A DNA stretch of 32,000 nt from Candidatus Saccharimonadota bacterium. GTDB taxonomy: Bacteria; Pseudomonadota; Gammaproteobacteria; Enterobacterales; Enterobacteriaceae. Positions 1 through 10,177 of the stretch are shown piece by piece (position 1 is the stretch's first letter; every line of letters begins with the position of its first letter). Both the position numbers and the translations under genes were made by a program. The stretch lies in contig CP145877.1 of NCBI GenBank assembly GCA_045690015.1, positions 240,001 through 272,000 of the forward strand, in the 5' to 3' direction. The notes under the pieces were generated by a model. That model was not told the origin of the DNA. It made no database searches and saw nothing but the letters and a program-made list of their open reading frames with translations.

Positions 1-594
1 TTGTTTTAATGTAATTTCCTCGCTATGTTGTGTTGATAATACAATAGTATCTAATCCAATAATTTTTCCTGACTTATACCTAAATGTAACTTGAGTTTTA
101 GCATCGGGTCTTAACCATGGAAGTATAGATTTTTTACGTACTTCAGATTGACGTTTCATTAGTAAATGTGCATACATTAAAGGAGCTGGCATAAAAACTT
201 CGGTTTCATTAGTTGCATATCCAAACATTAATCCTTGATCTCCCGCTCCTTGTTGTAATAATATAGGTCGATCAATACCTTTTTTAATATCCAGAGATTG
301 TTTACCAATAGTATTGAGAACTGCACATGAATTGGCATCAAACCCCATATCAGAATGGATATATCCAATATTTCTAATTGTCTCACGCACAATATTTTCA
401 ATATCAAGACATGCAGTGGTAGTAATTTCTCCCCCCACTAAAACCATACCCGTTTTAATATAAGTTTCACATGCAACACGTGCATTTAAATCTTTTTCTA
501 ATACAGAATCTAATATAGCATCTGATATCTGATCGGCAATTTTATCAGGATGTCCTTCTGATACGGATTCAGAAGTAAAAAGATATTCATTCAT
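1..594 (-). CDS. metK: S-adenosylmethionine synthetase, N-terminal 198 codons (3' end runs off the window)
   Basis: Reverse-strand translation from the ATG (complement of 592-594) reads [35 protein letters not shown]...[25 protein letters not shown]..., the canonical MetK N-terminus with GHPDK and GAGDQG motifs. The frame stays open to base 1. It is absent from the supplied ORF track because it has no stop in the window. Confidence 0.95.
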   Translation of the reverse strand, partial: MNEYLFTSESVSEGHPDKIADQISDAILDSVLEKDLNARVACETYIKTGMVLVGGEITTTACLDIENIVRETIRNIGYIHSDMGFDANSCAVLNTIGKQSLDIKKGIDRPILLQQGAGDQGLMFGYATNETEVFMPAPLMYAHLLMKRQSEVRKKSILPWLRPDAKTQVTFRYKSGKIIGLDTIVLSTQHSEEITLKQ

Positions 595-736
595 TTTTTA
601 TCCTTAATTTAAATATAATTTAGAATTTGAAGTATTTAAATAGTAAAATGAATTTTTCAAAATAATAGATCTTTTTTTGAATATCTAATTCTGTTATTAC
701 TGATTGAAATAAATAAAATTATTATTTTTTTATTTA

Positions 737-767
737 CCCCTTGATGATATGAAAAAGAGCCCCAATT
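737..767 (+). promoter_or_regulatory. Sigma-32 (RpoH) heat-shock promoter of dnaK-dnaJ
   Basis: The sequence is ccCCTTGATgatatgaaaaagagCCCCAATT. CTTGAT (740-745) is followed by a 14-nt spacer and CCCCAATT (760-767), against the consensus CTTGAAA-N13-15-CCCCATNT. This is the same spacing and nearly the same boxes as E. coli dnaK P1 as I recall it. It lies about 147 nt upstream of the dnaK ATG, and the C-runs stand out in a very AT-rich spacer. Confidence 0.7.
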
Positions 768-913
768 AAAGCTAATCTTATCATTAATTAATGAACTAAT
801 ACAATTAACAGGATAGATACTTTTTTCATATAAGATTTTAATGCAAGTCATTTATTCTGATAATAATGTTTAGAAGCCGATTCAAGAACAATTTTTATAG
901 TGGAGACGTTTAG

Positions 914-2830
914 ATGGGTAAAATTATTGGGATTGATTTAGGCACTACCAATTCTTGTGTTGCTGTTATGGATGGTGATAAACCTCGAGTCTTGGAAAAT
1001 GCTGAAGGTGATCGAACTACTCCTTCAATTATTGCCTTTACACAGGATGAAGAAACATTAGTAGGCCAACCTGCTAAGCGCCAAGCGGTGACCAATCCAC
1101 AGAATACGCTTTTTGCCATCAAACGCCTAATTGGCCGTAGATTTAAAGATGAAGAAGTACAACGTGACGTTAATCTTATGCCTTATAAGATTATAGCGGC
1201 TAATAATGGCGATGCTTGGCTAGAAGTAAAAGGCAAAAAAATGGCACCACCACAAATCTCTGCAGAAGTTTTAAAAAAAATGAAAAAAACGGCAGAAGAT
1301 TATCTAGGTGAGCCCGTAACTGAAGCCGTTATAACTGTACCAGCATATTTTAATGATGCTCAACGTCAAGCTACTAAAGACGCTGGTCGTATCGCAGGTC
1401 TAGATGTAAAACGCATAATTAATGAACCAACAGCAGCCGCATTAGCGTATGGTCTTGATAAAAGTAAAGGAAATCGCATTATTGCTGTTTATGACTTAGG
1501 AGGAGGTACTTTTGATATTTCTATTATTGAAATAGATGATGTCGATGGAGAAAAAACCTTTGAAGTTTTAGCAACTAATGGTGATACTCATTTAGGAGGA
1601 GAAGACTTTGATAATCGTCTAATTAATTATTTAGTAACCGAGTTTAAAAAAGATCAAGGAATTGATTTACGTAATGATCCTTTAGCTATGCAACGATTAA
1701 AAGAAGCTGCAGAAAAAGCTAAAATAGAACTATCATCAGCACAACAAACGGATGTTAATTTACCTTATATAACAGCTGATGCAACTGGTCCTAAACATTT
1801 AAATATTAAAGTAACTCGTGCAAAATTAGAATCATTAGTAGAAGATTTAGTTAATCGTTCGATTGAACCTTTAAAAATTGCACTAAAAGATGCGGGACTA
1901 TCAGTATCTAAGATAAATGATGTAATCTTAGTAGGTGGACAAACTCGTATGCCAATGGTTCAAGCGAAGGTAGCATCTTTCTTTGGTAAAGAACCTCGTA
2001 AGGATGTAAATCCTGACGAAGCAGTTGCTGTTGGAGCAGCAGTTCAAGGAGGAGTTTTAGCTGGAGATGTGAAAGATGTATTATTACTAGATGTAACACC
2101 ATTATCCTTAGGAATTGAAACTATGGGAGGTGTTATGACTCCACTAATTCAAAAAAATACCACTATTCCTACTAAGCATAGTCAAGTTTTTTCAACAGCA
2201 GAGGACAATCAATCTGCAGTAACTATTCATGTTTTACAAGGAGAACGTAAACGTGCTGCTGATAATAAATCTCTAGGTCAATTTAATCTAGATGGTATAC
2301 AACCTGCACCTCGTGGTATCCCTCAAATTGAGGTTACCTTTGATATTGATGCAGATGGAATTTTACACGTATCAGCAAAAGATAAAAAAAGTGGTAAAGA
2401 ACAAAAAATTACTATTAAAGCTTCCTCAGGATTAAGCGAAGAAGAGATAAAAAAGATGGTACGTGATGCAGAAGTTAATGCTGAATCAGATCGTAAATTT
2501 GAAGAACTAGTGCAATTACGTAATCAAGCAGATCATTTATTGCATAGTACACGTAAACAAATTGATGAATTGAATGAGAAATTATCTTCTGAAGATAAAA
2601 ATAATATTGAAATAGCCATTAATAATCTCAATCAAGCATTAAAAACTGAAGATAAAAATAATATTCAGGTTAAAATGGAAGAGTTAACTCGCGCATCAGA
2701 AAAAATTATGGAATTTTATAAAGCACAGATGAGTAAAGAAAATACTAAAAATTCTACTCCTCCGCATCAGGAAAATCAAAAAGATGTGGTAGATGCTGAA
2801 TATGAAGAGGTGAAAGAAGATAAAAAATAA
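914..2830 (+). CDS. dnaK: Hsp70 chaperone DnaK
   Basis: The 638-aa ORF reads [18 protein letters not shown]...[15 protein letters not shown] and is collinear with E. coli DnaK throughout. A GGAG Shine-Dalgarno sits at about 902-905. Confidence 0.99.
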   Translation: MGKIIGIDLGTTNSCVAVMDGDKPRVLENAEGDRTTPSIIAFTQDEETLVGQPAKRQAVTNPQNTLFAIKRLIGRRFKDEEVQRDVNLMPYKIIAANNGDAWLEVKGKKMAPPQISAEVLKKMKKTAEDYLGEPVTEAVITVPAYFNDAQRQATKDAGRIAGLDVKRIINEPTAAALAYGLDKSKGNRIIAVYDLGGGTFDISIIEIDDVDGEKTFEVLATNGDTHLGGEDFDNRLINYLVTEFKKDQGIDLRNDPLAMQRLKEAAEKAKIELSSAQQTDVNLPYITADATGPKHLNIKVTRAKLESLVEDLVNRSIEPLKIALKDAGLSVSKINDVILVGGQTRMPMVQAKVASFFGKEPRKDVNPDEAVAVGAAVQGGVLAGDVKDVLLLDVTPLSLGIETMGGVMTPLIQKNTTIPTKHSQVFSTAEDNQSAVTIHVLQGERKRAADNKSLGQFNLDGIQPAPRGIPQIEVTFDIDADGILHVSAKDKKSGKEQKITIKASSGLSEEEIKKMVRDAEVNAESDRKFEELVQLRNQADHLLHSTRKQIDELNEKLSSEDKNNIEIAINNLNQALKTEDKNNIQVKMEELTRASEKIMEFYKAQMSKENTKNSTPPHQENQKDVVDAEYEEVKEDKK

Positions 2831-2878
2831 TCTATCATCGCCTTTAAATTCACATTAAAGAAAGATGGGTTAATTGAA

Positions 2879-4015
2879 ATGGCGAATACTGATTATTATC
2901 AAATTCTGGGAGTTTCTAAATCCGCTGATGAGCGCGAGATTAAAAAAGCATATAAACGCTTAGCTATGAAATATCATCCCGATCGTAATCCTGGAAATAA
3001 ACAAGCTGAATCTAAATTTAAAGAAATTAAGAAAGCCTATGAAATTTTGACCGATCCAGAGAAGAAAGCAGCTTATGACCAATATGGTCATGCTGCTTTT
3101 GAACAATCTGGAGTAGGTAATGAAGGTTTTAGTGCTTCTAGTCCTAATTTTGGGGATATTTTTGGAGACGTTTTTGGGGATATTTTTGGCGGTAGTTCAC
3201 GCCACCAGCATAAGTCTTCTCGTGGATTAGATTTAAATTATAATTTAATTTTATCTTTGGAAGAAGCAGTACGTGGAGTTACGAAAGAAATTAGGATTAG
3301 TACACTAGAATTATGTAAATATTGTCACGGTACTGGTGCAAACTTTGGAACTTCACCTATAAAATGTAAAAGTTGTCATGGAAGTGGTAATATACAATTA
3401 CGTCAAGGTTTTTTTACCGTACAACAGACATGTCCATATTGTCATGGAAAAGGAATTTTAATTAAAGATCCGTGTGTTATGTGTAGGGGTGGAGGCAGAA
3501 GAGAAAAAGATAAAACTCTTTCGGTAAAAATTCCGGCTGGTGTAGATACTGGAGATCGGATTAGAATCTCCGGAGAAGGAGAGGCTGGTGAACATGGTGC
3601 AGCTGCTGGAGATTTATATGTACAAATAGAAATCAAAAAACATCCAATTTTTGAAAGAGAAAACAATAATCTATATTGTGAAATTCCAATTAATTTTGTT
3701 ATGGCAGCACTTGGTGGAGAAGTTGAGGTACCTACGTTAAGCGGTAAAATAAAGTTAAAAATTCCTGCTGAAACACAAACGGGTAAATTATTTAGGATGC
3801 GAGGTAAGGGAGTAAAATCAGTACGATCCAATTCTGCTGGAGATTTATTATGTAGAGTAGTTGTAGAAACTCCAGTCAATCTTAATGAACGTCAAAAAAG
3901 TTTATTACGTGAGTTAGGAACTACCTTTAATACTTATTTAGGACAAAATAATAGTCCCAAATCTAAGAGTTTTTTTGATGGAGTAAAAAAATTCTTTGAT
4001 AATTTAACTAAATAA
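2879..4015 (+). CDS. dnaJ: Hsp40 co-chaperone DnaJ
   Basis: The 378-aa ORF has a J-domain with the HPD motif (KYHPDRN), a G/F-rich linker, and four CxxCxGxG zinc-finger repeats ([32 protein letters not shown]). Confidence 0.98.
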   Translation: MANTDYYQILGVSKSADEREIKKAYKRLAMKYHPDRNPGNKQAESKFKEIKKAYEILTDPEKKAAYDQYGHAAFEQSGVGNEGFSASSPNFGDIFGDVFGDIFGGSSRHQHKSSRGLDLNYNLILSLEEAVRGVTKEIRISTLELCKYCHGTGANFGTSPIKCKSCHGSGNIQLRQGFFTVQQTCPYCHGKGILIKDPCVMCRGGGRREKDKTLSVKIPAGVDTGDRIRISGEGEAGEHGAAAGDLYVQIEIKKHPIFERENNNLYCEIPINFVMAALGGEVEVPTLSGKIKLKIPAETQTGKLFRMRGKGVKSVRSNSAGDLLCRVVVETPVNLNERQKSLLRELGTTFNTYLGQNNSPKSKSFFDGVKKFFDNLTK

Positions 4016-4048
4016 AATTAGAGCATATTTTTGAGGTGTTTAGTTAAA
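4003..4048. repeat. 10-bp perfect inverted repeat spanning the convergent dnaJ/rpsT stop codons
   Basis: tttaactaaa (4003-4012) is the exact reverse complement of tttagttaaa (4039-4048), with a 26-nt loop. The two stop codons (4013-4015 and 4018-4020) lie inside the loop. Confidence 0.5.
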
Positions 4049-4281
4049 CTAGATTTATGTCGTGCGGCTTTATTTCTATGAATTAATCTTTTTAGAGATT
4101 GACGATCTAAAGCAGATTGCATCACCGAGAAAGCTGTATGAGCAGCTTTCTTATCACCGCTTCTAATGGTGGTATATACTTTTTTAATAAGAGTACGTAA
4201 CATGGAACGTTTACTATGGTTAATTTTTCTACGTTTTTCAGAAATTTGAAGACGTTTCTGAGCTGATTTAATTTTGGCCAA
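4018..4281 (-). CDS. rpsT: 30S ribosomal protein S20
   Basis: The 87-aa [13 protein letters not shown]...[18 protein letters not shown] matches E. coli S20. The start codon is TTG (complement of 4279-4281), as in E. coli rpsT. Confidence 0.97.
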   Translation of the reverse strand: MAKIKSAQKRLQISEKRRKINHSKRSMLRTLIKKVYTTIRSGDKKAAHTAFSVMQSALDRQSLKRLIHRNKAARHKSSLTKHLKNML

Positions 4282-4285
4282 ATTA

Positions 4286-4325
4286 TCCTCCGAATTTTAT
4301 AATAATGAGATTCCATTCTGGAATC
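4286..4325 (-). promoter_or_regulatory. rpsT translation-initiation region: GGAGGA Shine-Dalgarno plus an upstream 7-bp hairpin
   Basis: On the minus strand, GGAGGA (complement of 4286-4291) lies 4 nt before the TTG start. A perfect hairpin, gattcca(4309-4315)/ttc/tggaatc(4319-4325), lies 17 nt upstream of the SD. Confidence 0.4.
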
Positions 4326-4515
4326 ATAACTTATCCTAAATAATAAGATAAAATCTTATTAAAATAGCATTTAGATTATACTTGGATTACATAATGTCAT
4401 CAATTAATTATTATCATTTTAACAGATTATGTATAAAATCTAATAAAATAAGAGTAAACAATTAGGATATTTTATTCTAGTTATAAATCACCAATCTATG
4501 AGATAGAAAAAAATA

Positions 4516-7344
4516 ATGAATGACTATAAATCAACCTTATATCTACCCAGAACAGATTTTCCAATGCGTGGTGATTTGGCTAATAAAGAACCTCAAATCT
4601 TACAACGTTGGTATAACGATAACCTATATAGTTTAATTAGAAAAGCAAAGAAAGGTAAAAAAATCTTCTTTCTTCATGATGGTCCTCCATATGCTAATGG
4701 TGCTTTACATATTGGTCATGCAGTTAATAAGATTCTTAAAGATATTATTATTAAATCTAAAAGTCTTGAAGGATTTGATTGTCCATATATTCCAGGATGG
4801 GATTGTCATGGATTACCTATAGAGTTAAATGTTGAGAAATTAATAGGAAAAGCAGGATATAATATTAGTGCGATTGAATTTCGGAAAGCATGTCGTAATT
4901 ATGCATCTCAGCAAGTATCAAATCAAAAAAAAGATTTTATACGTATGGGGGTTATTGCAGATTGGGAACATCCATATTTAACTATGGATTTTGATATTGA
5001 AGCTCAAATAATACGAGCATTAGGAAAAATTATTGCTAAAGGATATTTGGTTAAAGGAACTAAACCAGTCGCATGGTGTATTGATTGTCATTCAGCATTA
5101 TCTGATGCTGAAGTTATATATAAAAAAATTTTTTCTCAAGCTATTGATGTTGCTTTTGAAGCAGTAGATATACCAAAAATACTAGCTAAGTTTAGGGCTC
5201 AAAATTTATTATATACTAATAAGATTGGAATGTTGGTTTGGACTACTACTCCATGGACATTGCCAGCAAATGTAGCTATTTCTCTTGATGGAAAAGGGTA
5301 TTATCAACTGATAAAAATTAGGGATGATAGATTGATAATTATTGCAAAATCTTTAAGTAATAAAGTTAGAGATCGTTTAAAAATAACTAATTGGCAGGTG
5401 TTAGGAGAAACATTAGGTTCTGAATTAGAGCTAATGCGTTTTTGTCATCCATTTTTAAACTTTACTGTTCCCGTTTTATTAAGTAATCATGTAACATTAG
5501 ATACAGGAACTGGAGTAGTTCATATAGCACCTAGTCATGGTATGGATGATTATATAGTTTGTAAAAAGTATAACATTCCAACTAAAAATGTGATTGAAGC
5601 CGATGGGTGTTATAAAATCAATACTCATCCTGAATTAGATGGCGTATCAATATTTAAAGCTAATAAAATTATAATTAATTTTTTACAAAACAGTGGTGTT
5701 TTATTACATCTCGAAAATTTACAACATAGCTATCCTCATTGCTGGAGACATAAAAAACCTATCATATTTAGAGCTACTGAACAGTGGTTTATTAATATGA
5801 AATATTCGCAATTACGTGAAAAGTCCGTCGAAAGTGTCAAGAAAATTCAATGGGTACCTTCTTGGGGAAAAGAACGTTTAAAAATAATGATAGCCAATAG
5901 ACCTGATTGGTGTATATCTCGTCAAAGAACATGGGGAGTACCAATTCCTCTATTTGTACATAAAGAAAGTGGTAACTTACATCCAAATACATTGACTATT
6001 ATAGAAAAAGTAGCAAAAATTGTGGAGATAAAAGGAATTCAAGCATGGTGGGATTTATTACCAACAGATATTTTATCTAACTCCGACTCGGAAAAATATC
6101 TAAAAATTTTAGATACTTTAGACGTTTGGTTTGATTCAGGATCCACTAATTTAGCAATAATAAATACCAGAAGCGAATTAAATTTAAAAATTGCTGATAT
6201 GTATTTAGAAGGTTCAGATCAATATCGAGGATGGTTTATGTCATCTTTAATGATTTCAATGGCCATAAAAAATCAGGTTCCCTGTAAAAAAATCCTAACA
6301 CATGGTTTTGTTGTAGATAGTAATAAAAGAAAAATGTCTAAATCTATTGGTAATATAATTAGTCCTCAAATCATCATGAAAAAATGGGGTGCTGATATTC
6401 TGCGGTTGTGGATTGCTTCTACTGATTATTCAAAAGAAATGACCGTATCTGAAGAAATTCTTAATCGTTCTACGGATATCTATCGTCGTATCCGTAATAC
6501 AGTACGTTTTTTACTAGCTAATCTTAAAGACTTTCAACCTCAAAAAGAAATAGTTCATTATAAAAAAATGATACAATTAGATGCTTGGATATTAAGAAGA
6601 GCTAAATTAATACAGGAACATATTATTAATGCTTATAAAGAATATGATTTTCATTTAGTAGTGCAGAATTTAATGCAATTCTGTTCTATAGAATTAGGTT
6701 CTTTTTATTTAGAGATAGTTAAAGATCGGCTGTATACAGCTAAATACAATAGTTTAGCACGTAGAAGTTGTCAGACTGCTATATTTTATATAGTAGAAGC
6801 TCTGGTAAGATGGTTAGCACCAATTTTATCTTTTACTGCAGATGAAATCTGGAATTATCTTCCAGGAGAACGTTCTCGTTATGTTTTTACAGAAGAATGG
6901 TTTGATAGATTAATGGATTTAGATGAAAATCAATTTTTAGATGATAATTTTTGGAATGAATTAGTCACTGTACGTTATGAAATAAATAAGGCTATTGAAA
7001 AAGCTCGTAAAGATAAAAAATTCCGAGAATCATTATCAGCAGAAATTATAATATATGCTGCGGGTTCAATAGCTGATACATTAAGAAAGTTAGGTACAGA
7101 ATTAAAGTTTTTTTTATTAACATCTAGCGCTAAAGTAATGGATTATGAATTAGCACCAGTAAGTTCTTATAACAGTGAATCACTATCTCAATTAAAAATT
7201 TTTTTATATAAAGCTTCAGGAACTAAATGTTTACGCTGTTGGCATTATACGAATGATGTTGGTAAACATCAAAATTATCCAGATATTTGTAACCGTTGTG
7301 TAACCAATCTAATCGGAAAAGGTGAAATACGTCATTTTATATGA
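4516..7344 (+). CDS. ileS: Isoleucyl-tRNA synthetase
   Basis: The 942-aa ORF carries the HIGH motif (GALHIGHAVNK), the KMSKS motif (RKMSKSIGN) and a C-terminal Cys cluster (CLRCWHY...CNRC). Confidence 0.99.
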   Translation: MNDYKSTLYLPRTDFPMRGDLANKEPQILQRWYNDNLYSLIRKAKKGKKIFFLHDGPPYANGALHIGHAVNKILKDIIIKSKSLEGFDCPYIPGWDCHGLPIELNVEKLIGKAGYNISAIEFRKACRNYASQQVSNQKKDFIRMGVIADWEHPYLTMDFDIEAQIIRALGKIIAKGYLVKGTKPVAWCIDCHSALSDAEVIYKKIFSQAIDVAFEAVDIPKILAKFRAQNLLYTNKIGMLVWTTTPWTLPANVAISLDGKGYYQLIKIRDDRLIIIAKSLSNKVRDRLKITNWQVLGETLGSELELMRFCHPFLNFTVPVLLSNHVTLDTGTGVVHIAPSHGMDDYIVCKKYNIPTKNVIEADGCYKINTHPELDGVSIFKANKIIINFLQNSGVLLHLENLQHSYPHCWRHKKPIIFRATEQWFINMKYSQLREKSVESVKKIQWVPSWGKERLKIMIANRPDWCISRQRTWGVPIPLFVHKESGNLHPNTLTIIEKVAKIVEIKGIQAWWDLLPTDILSNSDSEKYLKILDTLDVWFDSGSTNLAIINTRSELNLKIADMYLEGSDQYRGWFMSSLMISMAIKNQVPCKKILTHGFVVDSNKRKMSKSIGNIISPQIIMKKWGADILRLWIASTDYSKEMTVSEEILNRSTDIYRRIRNTVRFLLANLKDFQPQKEIVHYKKMIQLDAWILRRAKLIQEHIINAYKEYDFHLVVQNLMQFCSIELGSFYLEIVKDRLYTAKYNSLARRSCQTAIFYIVEALVRWLAPILSFTADEIWNYLPGERSRYVFTEEWFDRLMDLDENQFLDDNFWNELVTVRYEINKAIEKARKDKKFRESLSAEIIIYAAGSIADTLRKLGTELKFFLLTSSAKVMDYELAPVSSYNSESLSQLKIFLYKASGTKCLRCWHYTNDVGKHQNYPDICNRCVTNLIGKGEIRHFI

Positions 7345-7814
7345 AGTTAAAAAAAATTACAATTTCTAGCTTATTTAGTGTTTGCTTAACAATAATTGTT
7401 GTAATATTGGATTTTATTAGTAAACAATGGATAATTAATTACTTTAAATTAGGAAAATTAGTATCATTAGCTCCTTTTTTGAATATTTTTTATACTCAGA
7501 ATTATGGAGTTACTTTTAACTTTTTTACCAATAAAGATGGCTGGAAATTTTGGTTTTTAATTATAATCCAAATTATTCTAATATTAACCTGCTTTATGAT
7601 AATGTATGGTTCTACAGTTAGAGAAAGAATCAAAAAGATTGCATGGGCATTTATTATTGGAGGTTCATTAGGTAACTGTTTAGATCGAATTTTACATGGT
7701 TTTGTAGTTGATTTTATCGATTTAACTATAAGTGCATGGCATTTCCCTACATTTAATATTGCAGATAGTGCAATATGTATTGGCGTTATTCTAATTTTAA
7801 TAGAAACACCTTGA
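7341..7814 (+). CDS. lspA: Lipoprotein signal peptidase (signal peptidase II)
   Basis: The 157-aa membrane protein has the conserved GGSLGNCLDR and FNIADSAI motifs. It overlaps the ileS stop in a 4-nt ATGA overlap, and ileS-lspA synteny is as in E. coli. Confidence 0.95.
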   Translation: MKLKKITISSLFSVCLTIIVVILDFISKQWIINYFKLGKLVSLAPFLNIFYTQNYGVTFNFFTNKDGWKFWFLIIIQIILILTCFMIMYGSTVRERIKKIAWAFIIGGSLGNCLDRILHGFVVDFIDLTISAWHFPTFNIADSAICIGVILILIETP

Positions 7815-7887
7815 TTTTTATGAGGGATAGAAGAAGATAAATCCAATCAAAAATGATTTTATTAATATGTAGTAATAGGAAAAGAAA

Positions 7888-8829
7888 ATGCGTATTCTAT
7901 TAGCTAATCCACGGGGTTTTTGTGCTGGGGTAGTTCGTGCTATAGATATAGTTAAAAATGCTATAAAAAAATGGGGTACTCCCATATATGTATACCATCA
8001 AGTAGTACATAATAGTTATGTAGTGAAGGAATTACATGAATTAGGAGTGATATTTGTAGAAAAATTATCTGATGTACCTCAGGGGGCAATTCTTATATTT
8101 TCTGCTCATGGAGTATCTCAAAAATTACGTATCCAAGCAAAAAAAAGAGGATTATTTATATTAGATGCAACTTGTCCCTTAGTAACTAAGGTACATATGG
8201 AAGTAGCTCGTGCTAGTAGAAAAGGAATTGAATCTATTCTTATTGGTCATGCTGGGCATCCGGAAGTAGAGGGTACATTAGGTCAATATAGTAATTCTAA
8301 TGGTAGAATATATTTAGTCGAATCTTCGGAAGATGTATATAAATTACCCATTAAGAATAAAAATAATTTATACTTTATGACACAAACTACTTTATCAGTA
8401 GGTGAAACTACTAATATAATTAAAACCTTAAGAGACCGATTTCCAAAAATCATTGGTCCTCGAAAAACTGATATTTGTTATGCTACTACTAATAGGCAGA
8501 AGGCGGTACATGAACTTGCTCAACAAGCTGATATAGTGTTAGTTGTTGGTTCACGCAATTCTTCTAATTCTAATCGTTTAGTAGAAGTAGTACTAGAAAT
8601 TGGGAAAAAAGCATATTTAATTGACTCATTTAAAGAGATAAATGATAAATGGATACAAAATATTAATTGCATTGGAATAACAGCTGGAGCATCGGCACCA
8701 GAGTTTTTAGTAAGCGAAGTAATTCAATATTTAAAAATCAATTTTCATATTGATGAAATTAAGGAATTGTCCGGTCTTAAGGAAAATACTTCATTTAAAC
8801 TACCAAAAGAATTACAATTAACCTCATAA
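7888..8829 (+). CDS. ispH: 4-hydroxy-3-methylbut-2-enyl diphosphate reductase
   Basis: The 313-aa ORF begins [15 protein letters not shown]. The three Fe-S cysteines are present (FCAG, ATCPLV, DICYAT), as is the TNRQ motif. Confidence 0.97.
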   Translation: MRILLANPRGFCAGVVRAIDIVKNAIKKWGTPIYVYHQVVHNSYVVKELHELGVIFVEKLSDVPQGAILIFSAHGVSQKLRIQAKKRGLFILDATCPLVTKVHMEVARASRKGIESILIGHAGHPEVEGTLGQYSNSNGRIYLVESSEDVYKLPIKNKNNLYFMTQTTLSVGETTNIIKTLRDRFPKIIGPRKTDICYATTNRQKAVHELAQQADIVLVVGSRNSSNSNRLVEVVLEIGKKAYLIDSFKEINDKWIQNINCIGITAGASAPEFLVSEVIQYLKINFHIDEIKELSGLKENTSFKLPKELQLTS

Positions 8830-8912
8830 GGTTGATTTTTAAATAAATTTATAATTTTTAGAGTGGGCACTATGGAAAGAAGTTTATTTAATATGACTAT
8901 TGAATATATTTA

Positions 8913-8946
8913 AATCAGTCAGATAATAAACTGCTGATTCATTTTT
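8913..8946 (+). terminator. Intrinsic-terminator-like hairpin with a T5 run, between ispH and carA
   Basis: The stem pairs 8913-8922 with 8931-8939 (aatcag[t]cag / ctgctgatt): 9 bp, one bulged T, 4 G:C pairs. The loop is ataataaa, and the stem is followed by cATTTTTa (T-run 8942-8946). The structure ends 21 nt before the carA ATG. Confidence 0.35.
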
Positions 8947-8967
8947 ACAGGCAATTTTATCATAAAG

Positions 8968-10152
8968 ATGAATTTTTTTGGAAACTCGATTAAGCCAGCT
9001 CTATTGGTTTTAGAAGACGGAACCAAATTTCATGGAATTTCGGTTGGTGCTGATGGCACCACTGTTGGGGAAGTAGTTTTTAATACATCAATGACTGGTT
9101 ATCAAGAAATATTAACAGATCCTTCGTATTATAAACAAATTGTTACTTTAACTTATCCTCATATTGGAAATGTAGGTACTAATGCATTGGATGAAGAGTC
9201 TTCTAAAATATATGCTAAAGGTCTTATTATTCGTGATTTATCAAAAATAGCTAGTAACTATCGTAATGAAGAAACTTTATCGAAATATTTAAAACGATAT
9301 GGAATTGTTGCCATTGCAGATATTGATACACGCAAATTAACTAGATTGATAAGGTCCACAGGAGTTCAAAATGGATGTATTATTATAGGAAAAGTAGAAA
9401 ATAAAAATATACATCAAGCTTTGCAAAATGCCAAAAATTCCCCAAAAATCAAAGGAATGGATTTAGCAAAAATTGTATCTACCAAAAAAATTTATAGTTG
9501 GAATGAAGGAAGTGTAAGATTAAATCATTATTTATATTCAAATAAAAAAATTGAAAATCCAATTTCATTCCAATTCCATGTAGTAGTATATGATTATGGC
9601 ATAAAACGTAATATCTTACGATTATTAGTAGATCGAGGTTGCAGATTAACGGTTGTACCAGCATACACACCAGCACCAATGATTATAGCATTAAAACCTG
9701 ATGGAATATTTCTTTCTAATGGTCCTGGGGATCCCGATGCATGTAATTATGCTATTGAAACGGTCAGGTGGCTTTTAGAAGAAACTAATTTACCTATATT
9801 CGGTATTTGCTTTGGTCATCAGTTATTGGCTTTAGCAAATGGCGCTAAAACTATTAAAATGAAATTGGGTCATCATGGCTGTAATCATCCCGTTAAAGAT
9901 CTTGAAAATAATAAAATTATCATTACTACTCAAAATCATGGATTTACTGTAGACGAAAAAACCTTACCTACTAATTTACGTGTAACACATAGATCTTTAT
10001 TTGATGGAACAGTTCAGGGATTAAAAGTAACTGATAAATTAGCCTTTAGCTTTCAAGGACATCCTGAAGCTAGTCCAGGACCCCATGATGCAAGTACTTT
10101 ATTTGATAAATTTATTTCCTTTTTATCCGCTCATCGTTTAACGTTACAATAA
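8968..10152 (+). CDS. carA: Carbamoyl-phosphate synthase small (glutaminase) subunit
   Basis: The 394-aa ORF has the catalytic Cys in [10 protein letters not shown] and the motif [13 protein letters not shown]. It has about 6 extra N-terminal residues relative to E. coli, and the TTG position of the E. coli start is TCG here. Confidence 0.97.
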   Translation: MNFFGNSIKPALLVLEDGTKFHGISVGADGTTVGEVVFNTSMTGYQEILTDPSYYKQIVTLTYPHIGNVGTNALDEESSKIYAKGLIIRDLSKIASNYRNEETLSKYLKRYGIVAIADIDTRKLTRLIRSTGVQNGCIIIGKVENKNIHQALQNAKNSPKIKGMDLAKIVSTKKIYSWNEGSVRLNHYLYSNKKIENPISFQFHVVVYDYGIKRNILRLLVDRGCRLTVVPAYTPAPMIIALKPDGIFLSNGPGDPDACNYAIETVRWLLEETNLPIFGICFGHQLLALANGAKTIKMKLGHHGCNHPVKDLENNKIIITTQNHGFTVDEKTLPTNLRVTHRSLFDGTVQGLKVTDKLAFSFQGHPEASPGPHDASTLFDKFISFLSAHRLTLQ

Positions 10153-10177
10153 TAAAAAAAATCAGGAGCTACAAAAA

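Noticed and set aside
657-851. 64-aa minus-strand ORF in the metK-dnaK spacer
   Set aside because: It has low-complexity I/K/N/S composition, no SD and no recognisable homology. It also overlaps the sigma-32 promoter on the other strand, so it is most likely a chance ORF.
3442-3879. 145-aa ORF antisense to dnaJ, plus other antisense or alternate-frame ORFs in the track (910-1122, 1908-2102, 4122-4316, 7502-7846, 9479-9679, 12688-12870, 20658-20840, 20716-20904, 21961-22212, 23372-23554, 25399-25695, 28714-28929, 31173-31418)
   Set aside because: All lie wholly inside strongly supported conserved genes. Their P/S/L-rich or I/F-rich translations look like shadow frames, and none resembles a known family. 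The dnaJ one is long only because that region is locally more GC-rich.
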